Below are positions 57,040 to 64,000 of a stretch of DNA of 64,000 bases, piece by piece; position 1 is the stretch's first letter; each line of letters starts with the position of its first letter. The stretch comes from Escherichia virus KFS-EC. Position numbers and translations under genes: made by a program. Location of the stretch: sequence record MH560358; one strand, given 5' to 3'. The notes below the pieces were generated by a model. The model was not told where the DNA came from. It made no database searches and saw only the letters and a program-made list of their open reading frames with translations.

Positions 57040-57068
57040 CTTTGATTCTCCTTAGTTGGTATGCGTGC

Positions 57069-57096
57069 ATTATAGCATTGTGATTATCTTTGTCAA
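57069..57096 (-). promoter_or_regulatory. early sigma70-type promoter
   Basis: minus strand TTGACA-16-TATAAT, followed by leader ...AACTAAGGAGAATC and ATG 57039. Confidence 0.55.
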
Positions 57097-57097
57097 C

Positions 57098-57133
57098 ACC
57101 CAAAAACAAAAAAGGCTACCCCGAAGGATAGCC
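57098..57133 (-). terminator. rho-independent terminator after the gp38-like gene
   Basis: minus strand GGCUAUCC-uucg-GGGUAGCC hairpin followed by UUUUUUGUUUUUG. Confidence 0.55.
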
Positions 57134-57140
57134 CATAAAA

Positions 57141-57917
57141 TTACACGCGAGCACCGTAGATCGTGCCTACTTTATCCCAGCGTGGAGCATTACCAGTAAC
57201 GGCTTTACCAGCAGCACCACCGTTATATTCTGTACCGTTACCCTGAGTATTACATCTTCCTCCAGCAGCACCAACGTTACCGCCCGCACCGCCTGTATAT
57301 GCACTAAGAGACCCCTTACCAACAGATCCTTTACCCGGAGCGGAAATGGAGCCAGCGGTTGCACCAGAACCCATATTAGAGGAAGACCCGGCAGCACCGA
57401 ATGGGCAACCACCGCCGCCACCAAATACTAGTCGACCCCTGTTACCGCCGCCACCGCCGCCACCGCCGCCAGCGATAGCACCGTTATTTGTAATTCGTAG
57501 ACGTGTACCGATAGCGTTATTGATTGCGTTTCCACCAGCAGCGCCAGCAGCGTTACTACCACCATTACCCCCACGTCCGTAGACAGTCACACCGGAGTTA
57601 ATGATCAATGTTACATATTCGTTTGTTAACGAGCTAGGGAAGTCAAGACAAGGAACGCCAGTAGATTGGGAAACAATATTACCTGTGATAGTAATTACTA
57701 CCGGAGTAGATCCTTGTGCTTTCATCCAGTTAATAAGAGTGTCTTTATTGTAAGAGTTACTAGCACCAATGCTATAATGAATCTCTTTAGAGCGTCCGAC
57801 CATTGCCGACATATACGCCGGACGACCTAAGCGTACAGCTTGCATTGCGGCGCTCATCCACCGTTGACCAGTCTCGGACACAGCAGATGATCCTACCCAT
57901 CCAGAAGATATTGCCAT
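57141..57917 (-). CDS. glycine-rich gp38-type tail-fiber adhesin-like protein
   Basis: 258 aa; N-terminus GWVGSSAVSETGQRWMS...GRSKEI resembles the gp37-binding region of T2-type gp38 as recalled; then YGRGGNGGSN..GAAGGN, NNGAIAGGGGGGGGG and further Gly-rich blocks separated by short variable segments; GAGGA RBS. Confidence 0.6.
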   Translation of the reverse strand: MAISSGWVGSSAVSETGQRWMSAAMQAVRLGRPAYMSAMVGRSKEIHYSIGASNSYNKDTLINWMKAQGSTPVVITITGNIVSQSTGVPCLDFPSSLTNEYVTLIINSGVTVYGRGGNGGSNAAGAAGGNAINNAIGTRLRITNNGAIAGGGGGGGGGNRGRLVFGGGGGCPFGAAGSSSNMGSGATAGSISAPGKGSVGKGSLSAYTGGAGGNVGAAGGRCNTQGNGTEYNGGAAGKAVTGNAPRWDKVGTIYGARV

Positions 57918-57972
57918 AAAATTTCCTCATAAGAAAAGCCCCAATTAAGGGGGCATTGATTGATAATATTAC

Positions 57973-58194
57973 TTAGATGACCTCTGCTTCACCATCCAGG
58001 AAGAAAGACCATGTTTTGTTAGGATAGCGAAGCGCCCATGATTCAGCAGTTTTAACACCCGCTTCGAACAATTGACGGCTGGTTACTTTAGCCATACCAT
58101 CTTCGATGGCAACGTTTTCAATAATCATCGGGTACTTAGCGCCACGCATGAAACCGAAACCAGCGGAAGATTTGATAATTTTAACAGTTGCCAT
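57973..58194 (-). CDS. hypothetical small protein, MKIEIID family member 3
   Basis: 73 aa; MATVKIIKSSAGFGFMRGAKYPMIIEN...; followed by hairpin GCCCC..GGGGC + U-run (57933..57960). Confidence 0.45.
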   Translation of the reverse strand: MATVKIIKSSAGFGFMRGAKYPMIIENVAIEDGMAKVTSRQLFEAGVKTAESWALRYPNKTWSFFLDGEAEVI

Positions 58195-58234
58195 TTTTGA
58201 TTCTCCTAGAAAGTGTATCTCGTTTCGATGGGTG

Positions 58235-58264
58235 TATTATGCAATAACACCGGATCGCTGTCAA
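58235..58264 (-). promoter_or_regulatory. early sigma70-type promoter
   Basis: minus strand TTGACA-18-ATAATA with conserved leader and GGAGAATC RBS. Confidence 0.5.
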
Positions 58265-58281
58265 CACTTTCTAAGAAATTT

Positions 58282-58566
58282 TTAAACTAATCGAATATAG
58301 CCCAGAATTTCAGCACTTTTAGCCAGATCTAAAACTTCCCATTCAAGGTCTCCATAGTCATAATTTGCAACCATCAACTGACCATTTTTCATGCAGCAAT
58401 CATGAGAGAAAATTTGCCCCGCATAAACTACGATAGTGATAAACTTTCCTGATTCTGGCGGTGTGGAAGACAAAGCGACCATATGACCATTCAGCTTAGT
58501 CACCAGTGATGGAACAATAAAATTCGGGCTTACCTTAATACCGTTAAATTCGTTTGTGTCTTTCAT
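58282..58566 (-). CDS. hypothetical protein
   Basis: 94-aa ORF. Confidence 0.45.
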   Translation of the reverse strand: MKDTNEFNGIKVSPNFIVPSLVTKLNGHMVALSSTPPESGKFITIVVYAGQIFSHDCCMKNGQLMVANYDYGDLEWEVLDLAKSAEILGYIRLV

Positions 58567-58913
58567 GCCAGACCTCGCAAAATACTAATAGCATAATCAT
58601 GCTGGTTATTCATAATATCAATTGCATTGTGATAACGAGCTAAACCATCAAGGATAAATTCTTGTTTATCCTGTTTCAGTTTGGTATCACGCGCAGCCAT
58701 AAGAGCATCAAGAACAGGTCCAAAGTGATTATCTAATTCATCTTCGGTTGCAATGTTTCCTATTGCCTCGTCGATCCGTGATTCTAATGCTTGCTTTTCG
58801 TTGATCACTTGCTGGGTATATTCCAACACATCAAGAATATCGCGGGTAACGTCGCCATGATAAGGTATTCCCGCATGAAGATGATCAATTAGTCGTTGAA
58901 TGTCAATGTTCAT
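58563..58913 (-). CDS. hypothetical protein
   Basis: 116-aa ORF. Confidence 0.45.
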   Translation of the reverse strand: MNIDIQRLIDHLHAGIPYHGDVTRDILDVLEYTQQVINEKQALESRIDEAIGNIATEDELDNHFGPVLDALMAARDTKLKQDKQEFILDGLARYHNAIDIMNNQHDYAISILRGLA

Positions 58914-59248
58914 TTGTAACCCTCCTCTGAAAGCACATCCCAGATCGTTGAGTCAAGGTGCATTAAATTCCACATAATAGAGTCATAACTACCGAAGCCA
59001 GAAGTAAAAATTACATCACACTGGCGATATGTCTTATGAAAATCGGTGGCTGTCTCTGCATCAATAGGCATATCGTCACCTGAAAGCACCAGACATTTAA
59101 GAATCATAACTCTGTTAGCCGTTGGCGCTTGCTTAGTCTTTTCAGCATATTTTTCGATGATCCGTTTTGCCTTTTCTTCTTTGATACGTCCAGACCAAAT
59201 CCGGTTTCTATATTGATTCATAATAATTTCAATCACATCATTTTGCAT
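58910..59248 (-). CDS. hypothetical protein
   Basis: 112-aa ORF. Confidence 0.45.
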   Translation of the reverse strand: MQNDVIEIIMNQYRNRIWSGRIKEEKAKRIIEKYAEKTKQAPTANRVMILKCLVLSGDDMPIDAETATDFHKTYRQCDVIFTSGFGSYDSIMWNLMHLDSTIWDVLSEEGYK

Positions 59249-59447
59249 TCTTCACGGTCTCCATAATTGTTTTGTAAGCCAGTTTAAGATGGTCACCGAA
59301 AAACTTTGCGGTGTTACCCTTCGGATCGCGGAGCATGGTTTCTACGATCTCATCGGCAGTAACAATTTCTCCTTTCTTTGCTGCATGTTCTACCATATAC
59401 TTCAAAGTTTCTTCGGAAGCAAGTGCTGCGGCTACTGGATTAATCAT
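59238..59447 (-). CDS. hypothetical small protein
   Basis: 69-aa ORF downstream of promoter. Confidence 0.4.
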   Translation of the reverse strand: MINPVAAALASEETLKYMVEHAAKKGEIVTADEIVETMLRDPKGNTAKFFGDHLKLAYKTIMETVKNAK

Positions 59448-59475
59448 TTTGATTCTCCTTTGTTGTCGATGTGTG

Positions 59476-59505
59476 CATTATGCTATACCCTATTCCGGTT
59501 GTCAA
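59476..59505 (-). promoter_or_regulatory. early sigma70-type promoter
   Basis: minus strand TTGACA-18-ATAATG, followed by GGAGAATC leader. Confidence 0.5.
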
Positions 59506-59521
59506 CACCTAAAAACGAAAA

Positions 59522-59541
59522 AGCCACCCTTTCGGATGGCT
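59522..59541. terminator. bidirectional-looking hairpin terminator
   Basis: AGCCA ccctttcgga TGGCT hairpin with A-run upstream and T-run downstream. Confidence 0.5.
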
Positions 59542-59775
59542 TTTTGATTATATTTTATTCACGTCCATTTGTATAGTAGTGTTTGAATCGACCTTTGCTA
59601 AACTAGTTAAACATAGTAACCAATTCACCATCCCTTTCCAATGATAACACTTCCTCGTCTTAGACGGGTCTTCTGATTCGGCAGTAATTGAACACGCGAA
59701 AGTATGAGGAAGCCAAATAGTTGTGTTGATGCTAGTATTCTTTTACTTCTGGTATGTATCCCAATGTGACTAACA

Positions 59776-60174
59776 TTAAGCCAATCGAGTGAGTTTATAA
59801 ATTGTTTTAAAGCATAGAGCTTTGATATCGTCTAAAACGCTCTGTAACGAGCTATCAACATCATTATAAATCTCACTAGCCATTTGCGTTAACTCTTGCA
59901 AATAGGCAATTTCGCTCATCTCCTTGCGGACGACCAACGTTGGCTGATAACGACCAGTGATCCCAATATTGGTTTCAGTGAAATCATCAACCAATTCTTG
60001 CATTTCAAGATAGAACTCTTCTAGAGCCTTATGTTTTGCATAAGATCCAGGACCAGTTACTCCAAAATGCGCAGAATGCATATAAGTAACACTCATCAGA
60101 CATTCACCGATAAAGCGGTCAACTTTATTAGCTTTCCCCTCTTCGGACGTCTTTAGAAAATCAATGAATTTCAT
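59776..60174 (-). CDS. ferritin/Dps-like protein
   Basis: 132 aa from ATG 60174 (GGAG RBS); MHSAHFGVTGPGSYAKHKALEEFYLEMQELVDDF resembles the Dps HW.VKGP.F..LHE.FEE.Y helix; start overlaps stop of upstream gene by 14 nt. Confidence 0.45.
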   Translation of the reverse strand: MKFIDFLKTSEEGKANKVDRFIGECLMSVTYMHSAHFGVTGPGSYAKHKALEEFYLEMQELVDDFTETNIGITGRYQPTLVVRKEMSEIAYLQELTQMASEIYNDVDSSLQSVLDDIKALCFKTIYKLTRLA

Positions 60175-60463
60175 GTTCTCTATTCTCCATATTATGCAAC
60201 ATAACAAACTGTTGTGCGGCATATTCCCCCATAATAAAACACTGCTTAGAATCCATACATTTACTACGAGCATACATCTTCATAATATGGGCATGAAATT
60301 TCTGGCTGGTTTCAATGGAAGGAGATATTTTGTTTACATATACTATCATTGCACCGTCGAAATAATCAGTAAAGTCACCAGTTGGATCATATTGATCAGC
60401 ACTGACACTTCCGACCGCAGTCAAGCATATTGCCGCTGTTAGAGTTTTACGAATAAATGACAT
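60161..60463 (-). CDS. secreted/periplasmic hypothetical protein
   Basis: 100 aa; signal peptide MSFIRKTLTAAICLTAVGSVSA. Confidence 0.5.
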   Translation of the reverse strand: MSFIRKTLTAAICLTAVGSVSADQYDPTGDFTDYFDGAMIVYVNKISPSIETSQKFHAHIMKMYARSKCMDSKQCFIMGEYAAQQFVMLHNMENREHEIH

Positions 60464-60531
60464 AAGTCATTCCCCCAGATTTAAAATATTCAGTTATATT
60501 TATAATCTGGGGCTTTATTTATGATTAACTC

Positions 60532-61128
60532 TTAGTTGGTAGTGCCATCAATAAAATGTTTACGGCACACAGAAACATATTTATCCTCTGCACCAACTTC
60601 GATTTGAGCACCATCGCGAATAACATTACCCTCTTTATCTACACGAAGGACCATTGTTGCTTTCTTGCCACAATGACAAATACCCTTCATTTCGACCAGT
60701 TTATCAGCAAATGCCATCAATGCCGCAGATCCTTCAAATAGATTGCCCTGAAAGTCAGTGCGAAGGCCATAGCACAGTACAGGGATATTTGCATCATCAA
60801 CAAGCGCACACAAGCCTAAAACATGCTCTTTAGTCATAAATTGGGCTTCATCTACAAATACAGCATCAGGACGCCAGCGATCTGGTCTACGCTTACCTAA
60901 CGATTCACGATAAACCAAGTCGAAAAGATCATCCGATTCAGTGAAGGTGATCGCTGGAGCACTTAGACCAATTCGGGAAACAACTTCACTTTCTGAATCT
61001 CGATTATCAATCGCTGGCTTAAGAATTAATACTCGCATATCACGTTCGGTATAGTTATAAGCACTTTGTAACAGAGAAGTTGATTTGCCAGCGTTCATAG
61101 ATGCATAGTAGAAATATAATTGCGCCAT
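60532..61128 (-). CDS. tk: thymidine kinase
   Basis: 198 aa (T4 193); P-loop MNAGKST, VDEAQF, C-terminal zinc-binding CHCG...C. Confidence 0.92.
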   Translation of the reverse strand: MAQLYFYYASMNAGKSTSLLQSAYNYTERDMRVLILKPAIDNRDSESEVVSRIGLSAPAITFTESDDLFDLVYRESLGKRRPDRWRPDAVFVDEAQFMTKEHVLGLCALVDDANIPVLCYGLRTDFQGNLFEGSAALMAFADKLVEMKGICHCGKKATMVLRVDKEGNVIRDGAQIEVGAEDKYVSVCRKHFIDGTTN

Positions 61129-61421
61129 TAATTAATCTCCAAAAATCCAGCAAGACCTAAACCGATATAAGTCCAGATACCAATAAAAAAGATGTTAATG
61201 CTCATGGCAAGGATAAACCCTTTTAGCGTTTTAGGATATCCAACCCAATATTCCAGACCATCTTCTAACCGGATCAGTTTATTGCCCTGAGAGTCCATAT
61301 CGACTACAACATGTTTATTTCGAGATTGCAATAGATATTGTTTTACAATCTCTACACCCGCCATAATAACAATAACGAAAATAAAAGTCCACACAACAAG
61401 ATTAATGATAGTCTCAAGCAT
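61128..61421 (-). CDS. hypothetical membrane protein
   Basis: 97 aa with N- and C-terminal TM segments; stop overlaps tk start. Confidence 0.5.
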   Translation of the reverse strand: MLETIINLVVWTFIFVIVIMAGVEIVKQYLLQSRNKHVVVDMDSQGNKLIRLEDGLEYWVGYPKTLKGFILAMSINIFFIGIWTYIGLGLAGFLEIN

Positions 61422-61656
61422 TTTCTATCACCTCCACCCAATCAGGTGTTTCCTGAAAGACTCCTTCACCTTCATGATGGTCGCAACCTTTATTGCTGCA
61501 ATACATCCACCAATCCCACATTCCCCACGGTAAACGCTGCATATCGTCGTTACAGCAAGTGAAGATGATAGGCCAACCACATCTACCACAACGGCAGTTT
61601 TCCTTCATGTGAGCGGTATTAGGCTTCTTCATAGATGACTCCAATATAATCGACAT
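61414..61656 (-). CDS. hypothetical Cys/Trp-rich protein
   Basis: 80-aa ORF; CRCGRCGW and CSNKGCDHH clusters. Confidence 0.45.
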   Translation of the reverse strand: MSIILESSMKKPNTAHMKENCRCGRCGWPIIFTCCNDDMQRLPWGMWDWWMYCSNKGCDHHEGEGVFQETPDWVEVIENA

Positions 61657-61859
61657 TTACATTTAGGGCAATGCGGTTCTTTAATATAATACCCGTCTGT
61701 CTTTGGAACACTAACAGGAGCGGTTTTTATATTGTATTCAATGAAACAACGAAAACAAGTTACGTTTTCTACAGACTGACGTTTCACCCAATCACCGGAA
61801 TATAGATCATTTTTATTTGTCATATTCAACCACCACAATGTTAATGTCTGGAGTAGCAA
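61629..61859 (-). CDS. hypothetical zinc-ribbon protein
   Basis: 76-aa ORF; CFRC...CPKCKC. Confidence 0.45.
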   Translation of the reverse strand: MLLQTLTLWWLNMTNKNDLYSGDWVKRQSVENVTCFRCFIEYNIKTAPVSVPKTDGYYIKEPHCPKCKCRLYWSHL

Positions 61860-62268
61860 TATTAATGATCTCTTCTACACATTCCCACTCAAGGCCACCG
61901 ATACCGCAACCGATTTTAGGAATATAGAAAGGCTGTATAGCACCCTCAAAAACATCATTGAGAGACTCAAATCCTTTCAGGATAGCACCATATTCAGCAT
62001 TTGGACCCGGTCGGAATTGGGTATAGAGATTCACCCCGCACCAGTTATAACCATTAACTTGATGCGTCCAGACACTAAACCCACCCAGCTTTTCGACCTT
62101 ACCGCGAGAAGTTTGCTTGTCAATCTCTAACGCTTGCGGGAACTCTTTCGCGATCTTCGCAGCAATACCAGCGCCCATAGTATGAAAACAATTACAACCA
62201 TGAATTAAATGACCGTTTCCTTGTTTAAACAGGGCGATGAGATCGCCCTTTACAGTATCAATAATCAT
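61813..62268 (-). CDS. macro-domain protein (ADP-ribose binding/processing)
   Basis: 151 aa; HGCNC...MGAGIA...G.....GG matches the macro-domain N-terminal signature. Confidence 0.6.
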   Translation of the reverse strand: MIIDTVKGDLIALFKQGNGHLIHGCNCFHTMGAGIAAKIAKEFPQALEIDKQTSRGKVEKLGGFSVWTHQVNGYNWCGVNLYTQFRPGPNAEYGAILKGFESLNDVFEGAIQPFYIPKIGCGIGGLEWECVEEIINIATPDINIVVVEYDK

Positions 62269-62283
62269 AATATAAACCTCACA

Positions 62284-62643
62284 TTAGTCACGGGAAGACA
62301 ACCCAGCCATAAAACGGCTTAACAGTGTGTCGCGATAAGCAAAGCATAATTGCTTATCAGGGGCAGTATCACACAGGTTACGTTTTGTTTTAGCAAAGCT
62401 GGCAATACTCAGATCCCACGCTCGATTTTTTCGTTTTTCGTCTCGACCTTGTTTGTATGCTTCATCAAGTTCGAGCGCGATAAAATCACTACACATGTTA
62501 TCATCATCACAGAAAGTTTTAATGATCTTTTTGTTGATCTCAAATCCTTTGTATTCGAACTTTGGATAAGGGCGCTCATTACTAGCAAGCGCACCAGCAG
62601 AGAACATCATAGCAATCATAGCAATTATTGTCAACTTTTTCAT
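62284..62643 (-). CDS. secreted/periplasmic hypothetical protein
   Basis: 119 aa; signal peptide MKKLTIIAMIAMMFSAGALA; four Cys. Confidence 0.5.
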   Translation of the reverse strand: MKKLTIIAMIAMMFSAGALASNERPYPKFEYKGFEINKKIIKTFCDDDNMCSDFIALELDEAYKQGRDEKRKNRAWDLSIASFAKTKRNLCDTAPDKQLCFAYRDTLLSRFMAGLSSRD

Positions 62644-62650
62644 ATATTCC

Positions 62651-63241
62651 TCAATAGCGTTTAGTCTTAAGAATGCCTTTACTCTTTAGATGGTTAGCCT
62701 TTTTTAGTACGTCATCAGCATAACCTAATCCGGCTTTATAGTTCCATCCAGCATTGTAAGAAGCTAGCGCGAGTCTGATATTACCGTTTCGAATATCCAG
62801 CCAGTATGCTAACTCATCCATCGCGTAGAATGCAGAAACCTCGCGATTCATGATAAAGTTGATAGTCTGGCGATCACTCATTTTAACACCGCGCTTTGCA
62901 TTTTTCGCTTTCACCGTTTTAAGGTAATTTTGAAATAATCCATAAGCATGATGATTTTTCTTTGGTGCTAAGTTTGCACCCGCGCTTGATTCTTGCCATG
63001 CGATACCCGCCAGGATGTGACCTAAACCCTTTCCGTTATAGCGAATATTCGGATGGTACTTTTTCAACTTACCGCTTTTCTCGAATTGCTCGCCGTATTG
63101 ATAGGCGAAATGTAAATTATCTAGTTGGTGTGCTGTAAAGTTGTCTATCGGCGCTTTTTTGATCGGTGCGCTAGTCGATGCGTGTGTAGCACCAACGGCT
63201 AGTGACAGACTCAATACTATCGCTTTTAGAACTTTTAACAT
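62651..63241 (-). CDS. secreted lytic transglycosylase (SLT domain)
   Basis: 196 aa; signal peptide MLKVLKAIVLSLSLAVGATHA; SLT motifs GIAWQESS, GLFQ, AYNAG. Confidence 0.7.
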   Translation of the reverse strand: MLKVLKAIVLSLSLAVGATHASTSAPIKKAPIDNFTAHQLDNLHFAYQYGEQFEKSGKLKKYHPNIRYNGKGLGHILAGIAWQESSAGANLAPKKNHHAYGLFQNYLKTVKAKNAKRGVKMSDRQTINFIMNREVSAFYAMDELAYWLDIRNGNIRLALASYNAGWNYKAGLGYADDVLKKANHLKSKGILKTKRY

Positions 63242-63326
63242 TAATTTCTCCTGTTTGGCTTAACTTTCTGATTCCATAATATAGCCCTATCACCAGAAAG
63301 TCAAGCATTAATTTAACCAATTTCCA

Positions 63327-63749
63327 TTATTGGTCTACCTTCAAAACAACAGCCGACATTTTACCCGCCAGTCGTTTTGGATTCTCTATAATCATTCGGC
63401 AGCATAGACCGTGATATGGCTTACCATCTTCGATTAGATCTACTGTCATCCCGATCCACATGTTACCGTCAGTAATTTCTAATCGATTAGGTCGGTCTTC
63501 CATTTTCAGGAAGTCGAAGATCTCCGGCAAACGAGTTTCTATCTTATTGAATAGTTCCATTGTCTTATGTTCATCGATATGACGATCGGTTAGACGGTCG
63601 ATCATATGCGGACTAAAGCGAATGAAAATATACTCACCATAACCATCATTCAAGCACTTTTCTTTGATCTGCGCATTGGTTTTGCGCATTTCGGTTTCGA
63701 AGAATCTACGCAGCTTACTACGGCGAACATGTACGTTAATTGTTTCCAT
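63327..63749 (-). CDS. regB: site-specific RNA endonuclease RegB
   Basis: 140 aa from ATG 63749; VRRSKLRRFFE near N-terminus and RLEITDGNMW...CRM...RL.GK block resemble T4 RegB as recalled; T4 order tk-(vs)-regB. Confidence 0.65.
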   Translation of the reverse strand: METINVHVRRSKLRRFFETEMRKTNAQIKEKCLNDGYGEYIFIRFSPHMIDRLTDRHIDEHKTMELFNKIETRLPEIFDFLKMEDRPNRLEITDGNMWIGMTVDLIEDGKPYHGLCCRMIIENPKRLAGKMSAVVLKVDQ

Positions 63750-63753
63750 TTTA

Positions 63754-63981
63754 TTATCCTTTCTTAAACAAATTGCGAAGCCAGTATACAAACGGGATTT
63801 CTTTAAACTTGAATTTCTCTATAGTTAATTCTTTAGTAGCAAGATGAATACCATAAGCATCATGTGTCACGATATGCCATTTTCTATAGTCCAAATGTGA
63901 ACAACCGTCTGGATCTAGGTTAATAAGAGTTTCTCGCTCACTAGGATTATTTTTCCACAATTTTGTAATAGGATCGCACAT
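63754..63981 (-). CDS. hypothetical small protein
   Basis: 75-aa ORF, start close to window edge. Confidence 0.4.
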   Translation of the reverse strand: MCDPITKLWKNNPSERETLINLDPDGCSHLDYRKWHIVTHDAYGIHLATKELTIEKFKFKEIPFVYWLRNLFKKG

Positions 63982-64000
63982 AATTCGACCTAGCGTACCA

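Noticed and set aside
7096-59505. Repeated palindromic elements as a possible CRISPR array or MITE-like repeats
   Set aside because: Repeats are irregularly spaced, each sits between TTGACA and a -10 box upstream of a gene, and there is no repeat-spacer periodicity; they are promoters
59546-59775. Possible tRNA in the non-coding gap
   Set aside because: GTTTGAATC resembles a T-loop but flanking bases cannot form T-stem or acceptor stem on either strand

Overview
This window is a contiguous segment of a T4-like (Tevenvirinae-type) myophage genome. The left 4 kb is plus-strand late module: the 3' part of a long tail fiber gene ending in an intramolecular-chaperone domain, two small ORFs and holin t. 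After a bidirectional terminator near 4.03 kb, essentially every gene is on the minus strand and follows T4 early-region order: 52, rIIB, rIIA, 39 (fused with the gene-60 segment), dexA, dda, a ModA-like ADP-ribosyltransferase, 56, 61, 41, uvsX, 43, regA, 62, 44, 45, 46, 47, 55, nrdH, nrdG, nrdD, 49, nrdC, dam, tk and regB. Between these core genes sit about 60 small ORFs, two free-standing HNH homing endonucleases, and many sigma70-type early promoters (TTGACA, 16-18 bp, TATAAT-like), several with a palindrome in the spacer or around the -10 box. No rRNA, tRNA or CRISPR array was found. The most unusual items are an orphan gp38-type glycine-rich adhesin-like gene in the early region, a repeat-module protein family around the nrd genes, a 489-aa P-loop NTPase beside gene 55, a cluster of secreted proteins near tk, a macro-domain protein, and three unannotated small ORFs found by reading intergenic gaps. 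All homology calls are from reading the translations and recalled family motifs; no database search was run.
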